From assembly GCA_010093815.1 (NCBI GenBank), contig ML996565.1: a stretch of DNA of 64,000 nt; one strand, given 5' to 3'. Numbering within the stretch: the stretch's first letter is position 1; each line of letters opens with the position of its first letter. Of the stretch, positions 49,557 to 61,860 are shown in pieces. Source of the stretch: Pseudovirgaria hyperparasitica (Eukaryota). The position numbers and the translations under genes were made by a program. Under the pieces are notes generated by a model. It was not told the DNA's origin and searched no databases. It saw only the letters and a list, made by a program, of their open reading frames with translations.

Positions 49557-50346
49557 TGTCTAAGGCACCTAACTACAACAGAAAGGAGCTAAGAGTCAAG
49601 AAAATTCGGATGTAAGAACATTTTTTGACCATCTTGCCGTCCCGACTGCGGAACGAGTACAGCACGTCTAGATTGTACAGTACATTGTTTGTTTGGCGTG
49701 ACTTCCGTCTCGTTCACTCCATACTTCTTCTTCCACAGGGAGAAGTTGGGAACAACACCAACCACATACACCTACATACCTAGCCTAGGATGAATCATGG
49801 CGGATAGCTTTCATTCGCTTGACATACTCCTGATTCACCTAAAGCGAGCCAACGAGAACTACAGCCTATGCTGTCAAAACAATGACGGCGGCTCAGGTGA
49901 TCCGATGGTAGTGTAGTCTCAGTCTTCCACCCTTTAAGGCACTTCATCATTTTTTGAAACATGTTATATTCAATACCTGGTAACAATCATTACACCTCGC
50001 TCGCACACGTCCACACCCACACCCGCACCCAGCACCCTTCATAATCCATGACCGAAAAAAACAATACAACACCGAAAGAGACCCCCCTCCACGCCCGATA
50101 CGCCAGTATACAGCCAAAAATGGTTAGAAGCCACTCATTCGTCTATCCACGCACAGCGATCGGAAGAGACATTGAAAGTATGCTTAGTCCATGGTGTTTG
50201 AAAGCAATATGTGCAATCGCCGAAAGGTAGGTAGGACAAAGGGAATGAATTTTGTTGTGGAAAAAAGCCAAGGTAAAAATCGCGCGCCATCGTGAACCTA
50301 TACTCTGTCGTTTGCTATCAAGAGTCGTGATGTGATGTTGTATCGT

Positions 50347-53300
50347 CTAAAACATCATCGACTTCACTTGTCCTCTCCGGTCCAGATTGGTTCGTGCTCT
50401 CGGAGTGCCTGTCGTCGGGTGAGGTTTGTGGTCCTTCTCAACAGGCGGTGGCGGAAGGTCGCCCTTATCACGAAGGTTCTGGCCACATTCGCGTGCAGCC
50501 TTTTGAGGGCTGTTTGGGGCTGTCTTTGATGCCGGCATAGCCTTGCCAGCCGAGCTTGGACGACGCATCTCTCGCTCCTGAGCTGCCTCCTTGATGGCCT
50601 GAGCCTTTTGCATCTGCGCTGCAGGGCCGTGAGGCACACCCTGGAATGTATGCTTCTCGCGTTCCTTTCGCTCCTTTTCGAGCACGAGTTCGGTCCACGC
50701 TCGGGACCTACCCGCGGATTCCTTGCCGACGGTATCGTGGAGAATCTTCATCCAGCCTTCCTTTTGCTCGGCGCTATCGGCGTAGAAGTCGATAGTCTCC
50801 CCATTTGCAAACCGGATACGGAACCCCTCCTCTACGAACATATATCCTTCTTCCTCCTCGCTGAATGCAGACTTGCGACGACCGCCAGACTTGGTCTCGG
50901 TAGGCTGTGTCAACTTCGATCGGTCATCAACGAGTTTTGTTGCCTTGGCAAGGTTGATAGTTGCCCGGGGCTGCCTGGTGGATTCATGGTACGCCGTGAG
51001 CTTTGACCCATGAAGCTTGAAGAATCGCCGACGCCAGTACTGTATCGGATGTCAGGAAGAGTAGCCTATGCCATGCAAATCACAAAACTTACCGGACAAT
51101 CACCGCCTTGCTGACTTAGGTGACCCTCATACGAACGGTCTTTGAGCTGTTCAGCTTCTTGGAGCTCACGAATACATGCGTTCATGGACTTTGGCATGTC
51201 GTCATCTGTAGCCTTCTTTGGTCTAGGCACAAACAATAGTTGAAGAGTAAGTTTGCCAATCCTGTATGGAGGTCTGGTGACAACACCACCATGCTTACTC
51301 CTGGCACTGCTAGCGGCCACAGCATCTTCAACAGTCCACTCGTTGAAGCAAGGGATGTCGACCATTGTCGGACGTCCATATGCTTGCCGTTCATGATTCT
51401 TCAGCGACACATACGACCTGCCGAAAGTACCGTCTGCACAAACACGATCGTGGAGAAGATCCCAAGCGGTCGGCTCTTGGTTGCGTCTTGCTGCTTGGGC
51501 TTCCTGCGCAGCTCGATCACTCTCCTCTTGTTGCTTGCGCTCCATCTCCTTTCGCTTCTTGGGTGATGCAAGAAATCTGCTCAAGGAGGCTGTTTTCTTG
51601 TGCACATGAGTTTTAGTTGGCGATACAGTACCAGCGGGCTTCGGTGGCGCTTGGAGCTTTGTTTGCAGCGCTAGGTTGAATTCCAAGTCATCTTGCACAG
51701 TAAGTTCAAATTCTTGTCCTATAGGTGCATTCCGACTCAGTTCTAGCCAGGATGTGGTGACGCAATGGAGGCCATTATCGAGCGTTAGTTGGAACCAAGT
51801 CTTCTCCTCTGCATATATGGTCAGATATTAGGATCAATGAGTGGTTCGTCGATACTTACTTCGAGGTAAAGGTAGATTAAGATCCTTGACTCCCACCACC
51901 TTGACGAAAAGACGACCACGCTCCTGTTCATCTTCGAATGCGTCCAAGGAGGCTTGATTTTCCATAAGGGTGTCAAGACCAGCATTTACCGCACTCTCTT
52001 GGCCTGGCAAGGGGGGTGCAGGACCAGCCGTGGACCGATTCTGGCTTCCAGAAGTCGAACGGATGCTCTTGCGTCTAACCTTTCCATTCCATGGCTCTGT
52101 GGTCCAAGTCTTTGCACGCTCGTGGCTTGCTTTTCTTGGGCTGCTTCCCGCAGACTTTGAACCTGAGGTCAGCAGGACTTTGGTCTCGTTGCTGACATCG
52201 CGGTTGTTGGCGACGACAAGCTTTGCGTTTTCTCTCGTCACATATCCTTTCTGTTTGCGGGTGTATACGTTAGTTCCTGAATGCTCAAAGCCAAATGGGC
52301 GTCCGCAAACATGCTTGCCGCCAGACACACATTCTGTGGTTGTTGGGAAAGTGGCGTAAGACGGTAAAGGAAATAGTTTATGTACCTTCTGTGCTTCAAC
52401 AACTCGGTCGAACTCTTTGTCCATATCGAAGCTTAGATCTTCCGAAGTGTCATGGATGGAGAGATCCAATTTCATCTTCCTCAGGCTTTCAATTCGACTC
52501 AGTCCATTCTCATCTGGCGCATTCAACTCTTCACTCATCTCTGCAGGTCCTAGTGATCTCCTCGGACTTCGATCGGGAATTGGAGGAGGTACCTCACCGC
52601 TGACCTGACGTCGTGTTGCGGCCATAGCAGCGGCATCGGCTGGAGTCAGAGACGGACGTATTTTGAGCGTTCCTCCCGATGCCTTAATAGTAGCTTCAGG
52701 CTCTGGAATGACGGGGGATACACGCTCGGCTGGCTCGATATCTAAATCGTGATGTATGACAGAATCCGGTGTAGCGGATCGCTCCTCGATTGTGATCGAA
52801 TCCACACCTACTTGGCCATCTTCAGGCGTGATCGACCGCTGCAGGAATTGACGGGCCGCCTCGAGCTTCGGTGGATCTGTAATCGAAACTTTGTGTGGAT
52901 TGGGCGAACCTTTCATTAACCCGCGCAATTGAACATCGAAGTCAGTGTTAGAAAATGCACTAAAGTCTGGCAGACCCGTTATTTTTGAGCGGTCTGTTCC
53001 GTCTGACTTTGGAGAACCCAGCATTCCAGGCTTTGGTGTTGGAGGTCCCTCGTCTTCAGATGTGCTGTCTGAAGCAGGCTTTTGGGTGGATACTGCGTTT
53101 GATTGAGACGAGTACACGCTTCCTTCATCCTCTTCATTCAATGAGCTACCTTCGACGTCATGTCGAATCACGGACTCATCCATATCATAATCATCCAAGC
53201 GAGAAAGGTCGCGCTCGGGGCTATACATATCAGGAATCGAGTAGTGACTAATGTCTTCCTGCTCAGTCTTGACCTGGAAATCGCCTACGTATTCATCGAA

Positions 53301-55073
53301 ATTCGAAGACGCCTCTCTAGATGGAATTGGAACGTCTGGATCAAGATCCGCGAGGTCTCCATAACTTCTTTCGTGATCATCGTCATATTCTTCTTCTGGA
53401 TGCTCAAACTTCTGGCTTTTGACTTTGCGCAAGATTGACTCTCTGGAGATCTTGGGGGCTTGGAAGTTTCCGAGATCAGGAATATCCCCTAAGATTGAAT
53501 CTTCGTGAATCACAATGTCGGATTGCTTCTTCGCCTTTGGTGTCTTTTGTGGGGACTGGCTTCCATATGACAACCTGGAGTTGTTTTGATCTGGGGAGTT
53601 TTGGACATCCATGAGTCTGAATCGCTCTTCAAGAGATAGCGCATTGTCACGCATACCCAAAATCTCCGCTTTAGTAACAGAGGCTCTCGGAGGAGATGGC
53701 AGTGATCGTTGTGAGCTGTCGGCAGACTCTGGAAGGCCAATTGCGGATTCGCGTCTCCCGCGCCCAATAGATTCTCTCACTGATTTGGGCAGAGCAGGCA
53801 AGGGACGGGATCCTTCCGAGTTGCCTGAGCCATTCCGATTTGGTGTTGATGATGTGCCATTGGGCTGTGCGGACGGCATTGGGCTAAGATCCCTGCCCTC
53901 GAAGGGATCCTCGAAAGTATCTGCAAGCGAGGTATTTGCTGCATCTGGGCTCATATGGCGCCAATCTTCGGGCAAAACTACGGGTGTCTTATCTGTGTCT
54001 TCCAGAGATGCATCGAAACTGTCTTCATTCATGATGGATCCAGCCTGCTCGAAGCTGTCATCCTCGTCGTACTCTCCAAAAGAATCGTAGCTTCCTTCTC
54101 GCGATCCTGATGCGACCGAGGATGGCTCTGGAGTAATCATTTCATACTCATTGATCTGTGGAGGTGCTTGCTCGAAGGTAACACTTTTGGCATGCCGCCG
54201 TAAAGCCCTGGCGGGACTGATCTTCGCGGTATCATCGTCTTCCGACCAGATCGACCCCTCTATGTCATATGCCTTAGCTACAGCACTAGGCCTGCCATTG
54301 CTTAGAGAAGATTTGACGGGGGATTGTCTCTCTTTTGGTGGTGGTGAAGAAGACGTTGTATATTCAGCCATCGGAAGTCTGCCAGGAGACTTTGTAGGGC
54401 TTAACATTGGAATTCGGCTTTGTGAGTTGCCTCTTTGGTGTCCCTTGATATCACTGTTTCCTTCACGAAAGCCTTCAAGGCCACGCCCACCATATGCATT
54501 GCCATGAACTTGTGTACTCAGAGGGCGACCCGCAGCCAGGGGGCGCTCGACCTGGGGAATCGCAGTCGGATCGTATTCCGTCTTTTGTTCACGCGCAAAC
54601 ATACTGCTGTTCTTTACCCGAGAGGCTTTCTTGAGGTTCTCGATGGAACTGCGTTTCGGTGACGGCGAAGACTCGCGATCGAAAGAGAACGAGTTCTCGG
54701 CGTTGAAGCGCCCACTGGGAGAAGCTGGGTCTCGCTCTTTCCAAAACAACCGAGTGGAGCTAGTAATGGCTGTAGGGTCGTACGGAGAAGACTCAGCGTT
54801 GGTAAACATCATCTTCTGGAGTGTGTTAGTCAAGCGACAGCTTCCCAATGCGACGACCACCGTACCTTCGTAGCTTGATTGAAGCTTGGAGAGTTCCTTC
54901 TTTGAGATGTAGAACCAATCTCAGAGAGCGGTCGCTGCCCACTGGATTTGCTAGGTGAAGACATCGGTGTTGTTTTACTGATGCGCAACGGAGACACCTG
55001 AGTGAGAAAAGCCGCGGTCAGCTTAGAGAACACCATGATGATGCAGACCAATTCTTACCGTCTCAGATGACAT
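50347..55073 (-). CDS. BUD4: Anillin-related septation/bud-site protein Bud4 (anillin-homology + PH domain), multi-exon
   Basis: Long disordered N-terminus, then GRLFVKVVGVKDL, TLDNGLHCVTTSWL, EGHLSQQGGDCP|YWRRRFFKL and FRIRFANGETIDFYAD. Confidence 0.92.
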
Positions 55074-55965
55074 TATACAAGTGACCCAGATTGACTAACA
55101 ATGGCGATGCAAGGTCGACCGAGTGTCAGCTTTGGAATGTGCACCCAAGAATGCACACCTTCGGAGAGATTCAGTGCTGCGATTGGGACGATGCGAACGA
55201 TTGGCTTGTAACTGGATAGATGAGAGAAATGTAGTTGCACGGCGGCATATGCCAGCGCACGAATGATTGACAGCTTCAGTATATGCGGGCAGCAGTTAAC
55301 GAGTGAGTGCAGCAGGTCGAGGAATGGGTTGTTAGGCTTTGTGATGTGATGCCGGGTTCCAAGACGAGTCGCGCGGCGCTAAGGGTTGGCCGAGTAACGA
55401 CGTTCGAGTCTCACCACACAATCCCTTGGCTTTTGCGCAGACATCCCTACTGTACCCCGCCCATACGGCATTATTGTATACTAATAGTCTATCATTTGTC
55501 GGATACATACATTATAGCAATACCACATCCGGGTCAACAATGGATGCCTCCACAGCTATCTCGTTCGGCCTATGGCTTATAAGTAGACGAAAATACAGGT
55601 TGATATCACGAATTCTCAAGTGAACGTACCGAGTGGAACATGGACAACCTGGCTCTTCGCTAGGAGAAGCAGAGCTGATATATATGAGCAAGTTTCCTCT
55701 TGGCGTGTTGTTGTTGTGTCGGAGATCGAGTACTATTATCTGAATTGATACTCGGTGGGACTTAAGCGGAGCATCTCCGCTCCGCCCCGCTGGCCTGGGC
55801 TTTCCGACGGCACGGTATAGCGCCACAGTGTTCAGCCACAGCCCGTAAATTTGCTAGCACGTAGGCCCTTCTGACATGTGCACGACAGTCTTCTTCGCCA
55901 TGTGTTGATATCTCTTCGACTTCGACTGTGATATCCGTTACCCCATTACGGCGGTCTTCTCCAAT

Positions 55966-57918
55966 ATGCTGCGCTCACGACTTTCCTTGCCCACATGTCC
56001 TTTCTGTACTTGCAGTCCCGTCCGCCCTCAAACAGCAACACAATGGCAGCAGACGCGTAGCATAGCACGGCTGCAGAAACGCAAACCCTCTCGTATGGAA
56101 CTGTCATCTCGAGTATCAGAAAACCCCTTCAGGCTGTCTCCGCGACAAACTCCCGCTCCTCCGGAACCTCGTCGACCCCCGCCCAGGACATCCGGTGGTT
56201 TCGAACATCTGAACCGAACAAAGCCCCCCGTTTTTCCGCCAGCTCGCAACGGAAGACGCAGAGATGAAAATGAGGAATCGGAGCCTATGAGGCCAACACC
56301 AGTCCACAATCCCTTCAAGAGAGATGGCGACAGACATAGAAGCTATGTTGAGCCATTCAAGGCGCTTAAGATGCAGCGCGCATTAGACGTAATGCCATAT
56401 GGTGAAAGGGCATCCATCAAGAATAGGATCGCAGACATCAATACGTTTGATCAATTTGAACTGCTACCGGAACTTCGAGATGCAATCGTACCAGAGCTAT
56501 TTCCTGAAAGGCCAGATGCTGTCCCGTCACCCGTACAGCGAGTTGCCATTCCCGCCCTTCTGGGCATAGATCAGAAGGCCAAGAAGCCAAAAGCAAAGAA
56601 GGGCGCACGGCTAGCCGTAGAAAAAGACGATGACTACAAGATGGAACAGTTCCTAATAGCTGCGGAGACGGGGTCTGGGAAGACACTAGCGTATCTGCTT
56701 CCGGCAATCGATGCGATGAAGCGCGCTGAAGCAGTAGAACGAGAACAGGCGCAGAGAGACGCAGAGGCAAAGAAGCAATTGGAAGCAGAGAAGTCGAAGA
56801 AGGGCATATACGAGTTGGACCCTCCGCCTCTCTCTTCGTCAGTTCATGACACAGCTCGCCCCAAAGTTATAGTCCTTGTCCCGACCTCGGAGCTCGTCGA
56901 TCAAGTAGGCGCAGTGGCTAAATCCCTCTCACACGTCGTCAAATTTCGCACCGCACTCATATCTTCAGCCTACACTCCTACTGTCATCCGCAACCGCATC
57001 TTTTCTGACAAAGGCATTGATATGATCATCTCGACGCCCCACCTTCTTGCCAGCATCGCCGAAGAGTCCCCCAACATCCTTTCGCGCGTATCTCACCTCA
57101 TCATCGACGAAGCTGATTCGCTACTCGACACCTCATTCTCACCTCTGACCTCCTCAGTCATCGAGCGATCGGCACCTTCTCTCCGACAGCTCATTCTCTG
57201 CTCTGCGACCATCACCCGCAAACTCGAACTCTACGTCGCCAAACGATTCCCCAAAATGAACCGCCTCGTAACGCCGAACCTCCACGCCATCCCTCGCCGT
57301 GTCCAGCTCGGCGTCATGAATGTCACCCATGAACCCTACCGCGGCAAGAAAGATGTTGCCTGCGCCGACGCCATCTGGCAGATTGGCCGGTCGGCCCTTG
57401 AACATGACACCGCTTACACAACTGACTCCGTCGACACCAAACGCATCATTGTCTTCGTCAACGAGCGCGAACAAGCCACGGAACTGGCAGAATTCCTGTG
57501 CACAAAGGGCATAGACGCAACCGCATTGAACCGCGACAGCCAGGCCCGAACCGCCGACATCCTCGCGCCGTTCCGTGCTGCGACGCGAGATTCGACTCCG
57601 GCGCATGCCTCAGGCATGAAACCAAAATCGAACTTCGTGCCTTCGAATGTGAAGGCGGAGGCGAGCAGGGGCAAACTGGCGAATACGAAGGTGCTGGTGT
57701 GTACGGATTTGGGGAGTCGAGGCATCGACACGTTGGCGTGCAGACACGTGATTCTGTATGATGTACCGCATACGAGCGTGGATTTCATCCATCGAATTGG
57801 ACGGCTGGGTAGGATGGGAAGGAGAGGGAGAGCGATTGTGTTGCTTGGAAAGGGCGATCGGGCGGATGTTGTTAGCGAGGTCAGGGAGGCTATGTATACC
57901 GGCAAAGCATTGATATAG
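55966..57918 (+). CDS. MRH4: Mitochondrial DEAD-box RNA helicase
   Basis: Basic targeting-type N-terminus, Q motif PSPVQ, AETGSGKT, PTSEL, DEAD, SAT, SRGID and HRIGRLGR. Confidence 0.9.
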   Translation: MLRSRLSLPTCPFCTCSPVRPQTATQWQQTRSIARLQKRKPSRMELSSRVSENPFRLSPRQTPAPPEPRRPPPRTSGGFEHLNRTKPPVFPPARNGRRRDENEESEPMRPTPVHNPFKRDGDRHRSYVEPFKALKMQRALDVMPYGERASIKNRIADINTFDQFELLPELRDAIVPELFPERPDAVPSPVQRVAIPALLGIDQKAKKPKAKKGARLAVEKDDDYKMEQFLIAAETGSGKTLAYLLPAIDAMKRAEAVEREQAQRDAEAKKQLEAEKSKKGIYELDPPPLSSSVHDTARPKVIVLVPTSELVDQVGAVAKSLSHVVKFRTALISSAYTPTVIRNRIFSDKGIDMIISTPHLLASIAEESPNILSRVSHLIIDEADSLLDTSFSPLTSSVIERSAPSLRQLILCSATITRKLELYVAKRFPKMNRLVTPNLHAIPRRVQLGVMNVTHEPYRGKKDVACADAIWQIGRSALEHDTAYTTDSVDTKRIIVFVNEREQATELAEFLCTKGIDATALNRDSQARTADILAPFRAATRDSTPAHASGMKPKSNFVPSNVKAEASRGKLANTKVLVCTDLGSRGIDTLACRHVILYDVPHTSVDFIHRIGRLGRMGRRGRAIVLLGKGDRADVVSEVREAMYTGKALI

Positions 57919-58084
57919 ATGTATGTATAATGTGGAGGGCCAGTAAAGAGGCTGTATATACTGTGTACGATAAGTCTGATGTAGCACCGTGTGTGTGTAT
58001 GTATAAATACTTCGGAGTCGACAGGAGCGCATGTAGCTAACTACTGGGTCGACCACCCAACCGACGAACTCTTTCGTTGCGTCA

Positions 58085-58240
58085 CAATAATAAGATAGAT
58101 ATAGAGTATATTATAATAGATAATACTAGCACTATAACACTTTCTATCATAACTATACTTCTATGTATAGAAATGATTATAGATAAATCTCAAGTGTCGT
58201 CTAATAAAGCAAGACGCTAAGAAGCTATACCTCTACTAGT
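58085..58240. mobile_element. Short AT-rich, TpA-rich relic, probably a RIP-mutated repeat fragment
   Basis: Abrupt AT/TpA enrichment between the convergent MRH4 and SLC35F 3' ends; no termini recognised. Confidence 0.4.
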
Positions 58241-58592
58241 GCAAAGTGAACCACGTGGAAAGCGGGCCATCCCGAACGCTCGCGCTTATCTGATACGCAC
58301 TATCGCGGCTATCGCCTAATACGCGTGGACCTAAGCGCCACTTGCAGATACTTGCTAAGCCTATAGAGCGCGCGGCACTGTGGGTCTGCATAATGTACGA
58401 TGGCCGTTACTAGAACAATGCGGAGCCGGTCATGCAGGGGTACGCCTGTCCCCACGTGGACGGACGAGAACACACCAGGTGAACGGTTCTAATTATTGTT
58501 CATTCCAATCAAGAGTCATTATTGTCAAGCACCAAGCCAAAACGCCGGTTCACAGTTCCTGGGTAACATGACCGGGACGATGACAGGCTTCT

Positions 58593-59928
58593 TCAAACAA
58601 GCACCTCGGGGTTCTCCACCCTTCTCTTCGCCGTGCCCAGCCCACTCACGCCGTCCTCCTGGTTCTCGCCCAGCCACGGCTTCTTCGCCTCGCCCAGCAC
58701 GCTCTCAGTCATAAAATACACAAACAGTCCTAGCAGGATTAGAACAAAGGCAATCGGGTACATCCAGTGGATGCTCAGCCCAAACACCTCGATGCCAATG
58801 CACACGCCCCAGAAGTTTGCCGTGAGCAGCGAAATGTTGAAGAATGCGGCTGATGAGAGACGGAACATCAATGGCGCAAGCGAGTAGAACAGTGCGAGAA
58901 TGAGCGTGTATCCGACTAGGTAGCCACCAACGTCGCCGTCCCAGACAGCGGTGCGGAACGATGCACGGTCGAAGATGCCGGCTTGCGTGCCGTTGATCAA
59001 CATGCCCCAGAATGCCAGCTGGCCGATGACTTCGTACATGGGTTTCTTGCTGACGAGGAACTCCTCGAAGACATTGCTTACACCGTAGAAAGTCGCGCCT
59101 GCAAGCGCGAAGAGGTCGCCCTTGAGTTGGTTCTGCGCTGTACCACCGTTGGAGCCAGTGATGTGATCGGAGCCAATCAGAATTCCCATGCCACCAATAC
59201 ACACGATGATGCCGGCGTACTGAGCGACGTGGTAGCGGACCTTGAGGAAAATAAGAGAGATGATGACGACCATGACGATGGCCCAAAAGTTGATTAGTTG
59301 GGCGGAGAGAATAGTCGTGTACCGATACGCGAGTACCACGAAGTAGTTGCCTTCTACGTCAAGAAATGCGAGGATGAAGTCTGGGAATGATGAGCGGAGG
59401 ATGCTCGGATATGCCGAGTGGAGGACTTACATCGCCATCCGTCCTTGAGAACCATCTTGCCCCACTTCTTGAAGCCATACTTGTACCATGTGTAGCTGGT
59501 GTAAACGATGTTCAGCAATACATAATTGAAAAACGTCTGGAATGCAGGAATCGAAGTCCCCTTGCCTGCTAGAAGCGACGAGAACGTATTGGTGCTAGTA
59601 ATACACAACGCCAACACTTGGCTGCAACTTGATCAGCGATGGTATATCTTTCAACGCAGTAAAAAGTAGCATACCCGAGAAGTAGAACGAGCCAGAAGTC
59701 TTTTGTCCTGACATACGAAAACCACTGCTTTCTTGGCGTGTCTTCAGTCAAATTGCCATGCTCGGCAAACGTAGCTTGCCCATGTCCAGTCAGATCGTGT
59801 CCGGTTCCAGAGCTCTGATCCTCGTTTGGCTGATAGTACTCGTTTGTCTTAGGTTGCACAGACGTGGCATCGACTGGGGCTGTTTGTACCTCCTGGGCAG
59901 TATGATTTCTGGACCAGAACGGTGCCAT
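58593..59928 (-). CDS. SLC35F1/F2-like (DUF914) solute carrier, 3 exons
   Basis: LLGQVLALCIT, PAFQTFFNYVLL, DVEGNYFVVLAYRYTTILSAQL and GDLFALAGATFYGVSNVFEE; about 10 TM helices. Confidence 0.92.
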
Positions 59929-60459
59929 GATGTGATCCACAAGAAGATTGTTGCAGCAGTTCGCCGGGTACTACCAGTAGTCGATAAGGTTGGAGCTTTC
60001 TAGCTGTGAAACGAGCGCAAAACTCCAGAAGTCGCCCGCTCAGTTGTAGGATGAAGAGAGCCGGAGATGAATGGCCAGAGGTTTGTCGTGTAGGGCATCG
60101 CCACGCTTTTTATCTGGCGTCGGCAGCGTCGCCAGAACGAAAAATCTACGATGACTTGGCAGTGGATACTTGGGCGGTGGACTTGCCCCTCTAAGTCATA
60201 GTTCGGCCGATCAAGGCCTTCCAGACCCTAGGCCGGGCTTTTCGAGGGCTTGGGCTAGGCCGTGTGCCCAATAGAATTTCAGCGTTTCTATGGTTTCCAA
60301 CTCTACATGAATCTTTCTCGCTTTACCTCGTGCCTCTCGCTCCGTTTTGAGCTTCAGAATACGAACAAAAGCAATAGGGCGGCTGAGCCCTGTGACCCAG
60401 AATATGGTTGGGTAATGCGATCCGCGACTCAATGGTAATCGATGAGATTCAGTACTGGT

Positions 60460-60670
60460 ATAGACAGTGCTAGGATAAATAGAATAGGTAGTTCTCAGAT
60501 AATTAGTACTAGATTAGATACGATAGGGGAAGATGAATAGTACTATAATAGATAGGATAGGCAGTGCTAAGATAGATAAGATAGGTAGTGTTACGATGGA
60601 TAGTACCAGAATGGGTAGGATAGATAGTACTAGGATAGGTAGTGCTAGGATAGGTATTAGTACTAGGAAG
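60460..60670 (-). repeat. Degenerate 15-bp minisatellite arm (unit ~CCTATCCTAGCACTA), inverted copy of 61625-61811
   Basis: The reverse complement of 60551-60635 aligns with 61670-61754 and differs almost only by C/T transitions. Confidence 0.85.
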
Positions 60671-60830
60671 GTAATAGTACTCTAATAGGTACAGTACGTC
60701 TTCACTGACCACGTACGAATAACGCACTAATAGCAAAAATAAACTAGCTACTCGTGACTACTCAGTAATAAGCGCTCATAATGGTCATAGTAATTGGGCA
60801 GCGTCTCGAGCCCTATGTAGTTCTTACTCG

Positions 60831-61099
60831 ACAGGGGGTCGCAAGACTCACCGATCACAGGATAGCAGAATAATAGAAAGTAAGGTAATATATATTAGTT
60901 GTCTAGAGTAGTATAACACTTAAAATAATGATTCTAACTTACTAATATAATATTAATACCTAAATTATAGATTATAGAGGGTATATTTATAGCTATAGCT
61001 ACTAATCTCTTCATTGAATATCGTTCTTTAGCTTTATTCTAGTGATGTAGCCTGCCCCCGGAGACACATCGGTGATCGGTGAGTTTTGCGACCCCCTGT
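60831..61099. mobile_element. 269-bp MITE-like element with 28-bp terminal inverted repeats
   Basis: Left ACAGGGGGTCGCAAGACTCACCGATCAC (60831-60858) and right GTGATCGGTGAGTTTTGCGACCCCCTGT (61072-61099), 1 mismatch. AT/TpA-rich non-coding interior; no clear TSD. Confidence 0.85.
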
Positions 61100-61624
61100 T
61101 GACTTATTATGGCCCTGGACAATGTAGCCGGAACCTGAGATGATCTCGGCGCCAACCCGAAACATAGTGTATCGAGTTGACATCTGAGCTAACCCGATGC
61201 GGTAGCACGGCGCTTCAACACCATCCAGCGGCTAAACGTAGGCAGCGACATGAGATAGGCACCACAAAATCTCACCATTCACGGAAGTGGGATGTGGAAG
61301 TATCGATGCTACTGGGCAACAAACAATATGTTGGACACGTAGGCGAACTACGCCTCCTGCACCATTTGGCTCCTAGGCTGCGTTGTGGGCTGGAGACGCT
61401 GCTTATGATCATGATCGTCATGAACGCTTATTGACTGGTCATGAGTGGCTCGATCAGTTTTGCTGTCAGTGCATTGTCAGTGAATTTGTAATACTTTCGT
61501 TAGCCTGCCACGCTCACGCTCTATATATATTCATCTTGTTGTGCGGACAAGTCGAGCTTCATCAAGCACATTGACACCAATCTTTCTTCATAAACCTTCC
61601 CCTTTCAACATCGGTTTGAAAGTC

Positions 61625-61811
61625 TTCCTAGGACTACCTGTCATAGCACTTTCCATCGTAACACTTTCATCCTAGCACCACCTATCCTACCCATTCTGGT
61701 ATTACCCATCGTAACACTACCTATCCTATCTATCTTAGCACTGCCTATCCTAGCACTGCCTATCCTGCCTATCCCGGTATCACCTATCCCACTCACCCTA
61801 GCACTGTCTGT
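61625..61811 (+). repeat. Degenerate 15-bp minisatellite arm, inverted partner of 60460-60670
   Basis: Same unit and the same internal variants (ACCCATTCTGGTA, CATCGTAACAC, CCTAGCACTGTCT) as the left arm. Confidence 0.85.
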
Positions 61812-61860
61812 CCGACTCCAGCATCCTAGCAACAACTACTCCTCGACACTCTGAAGTACG

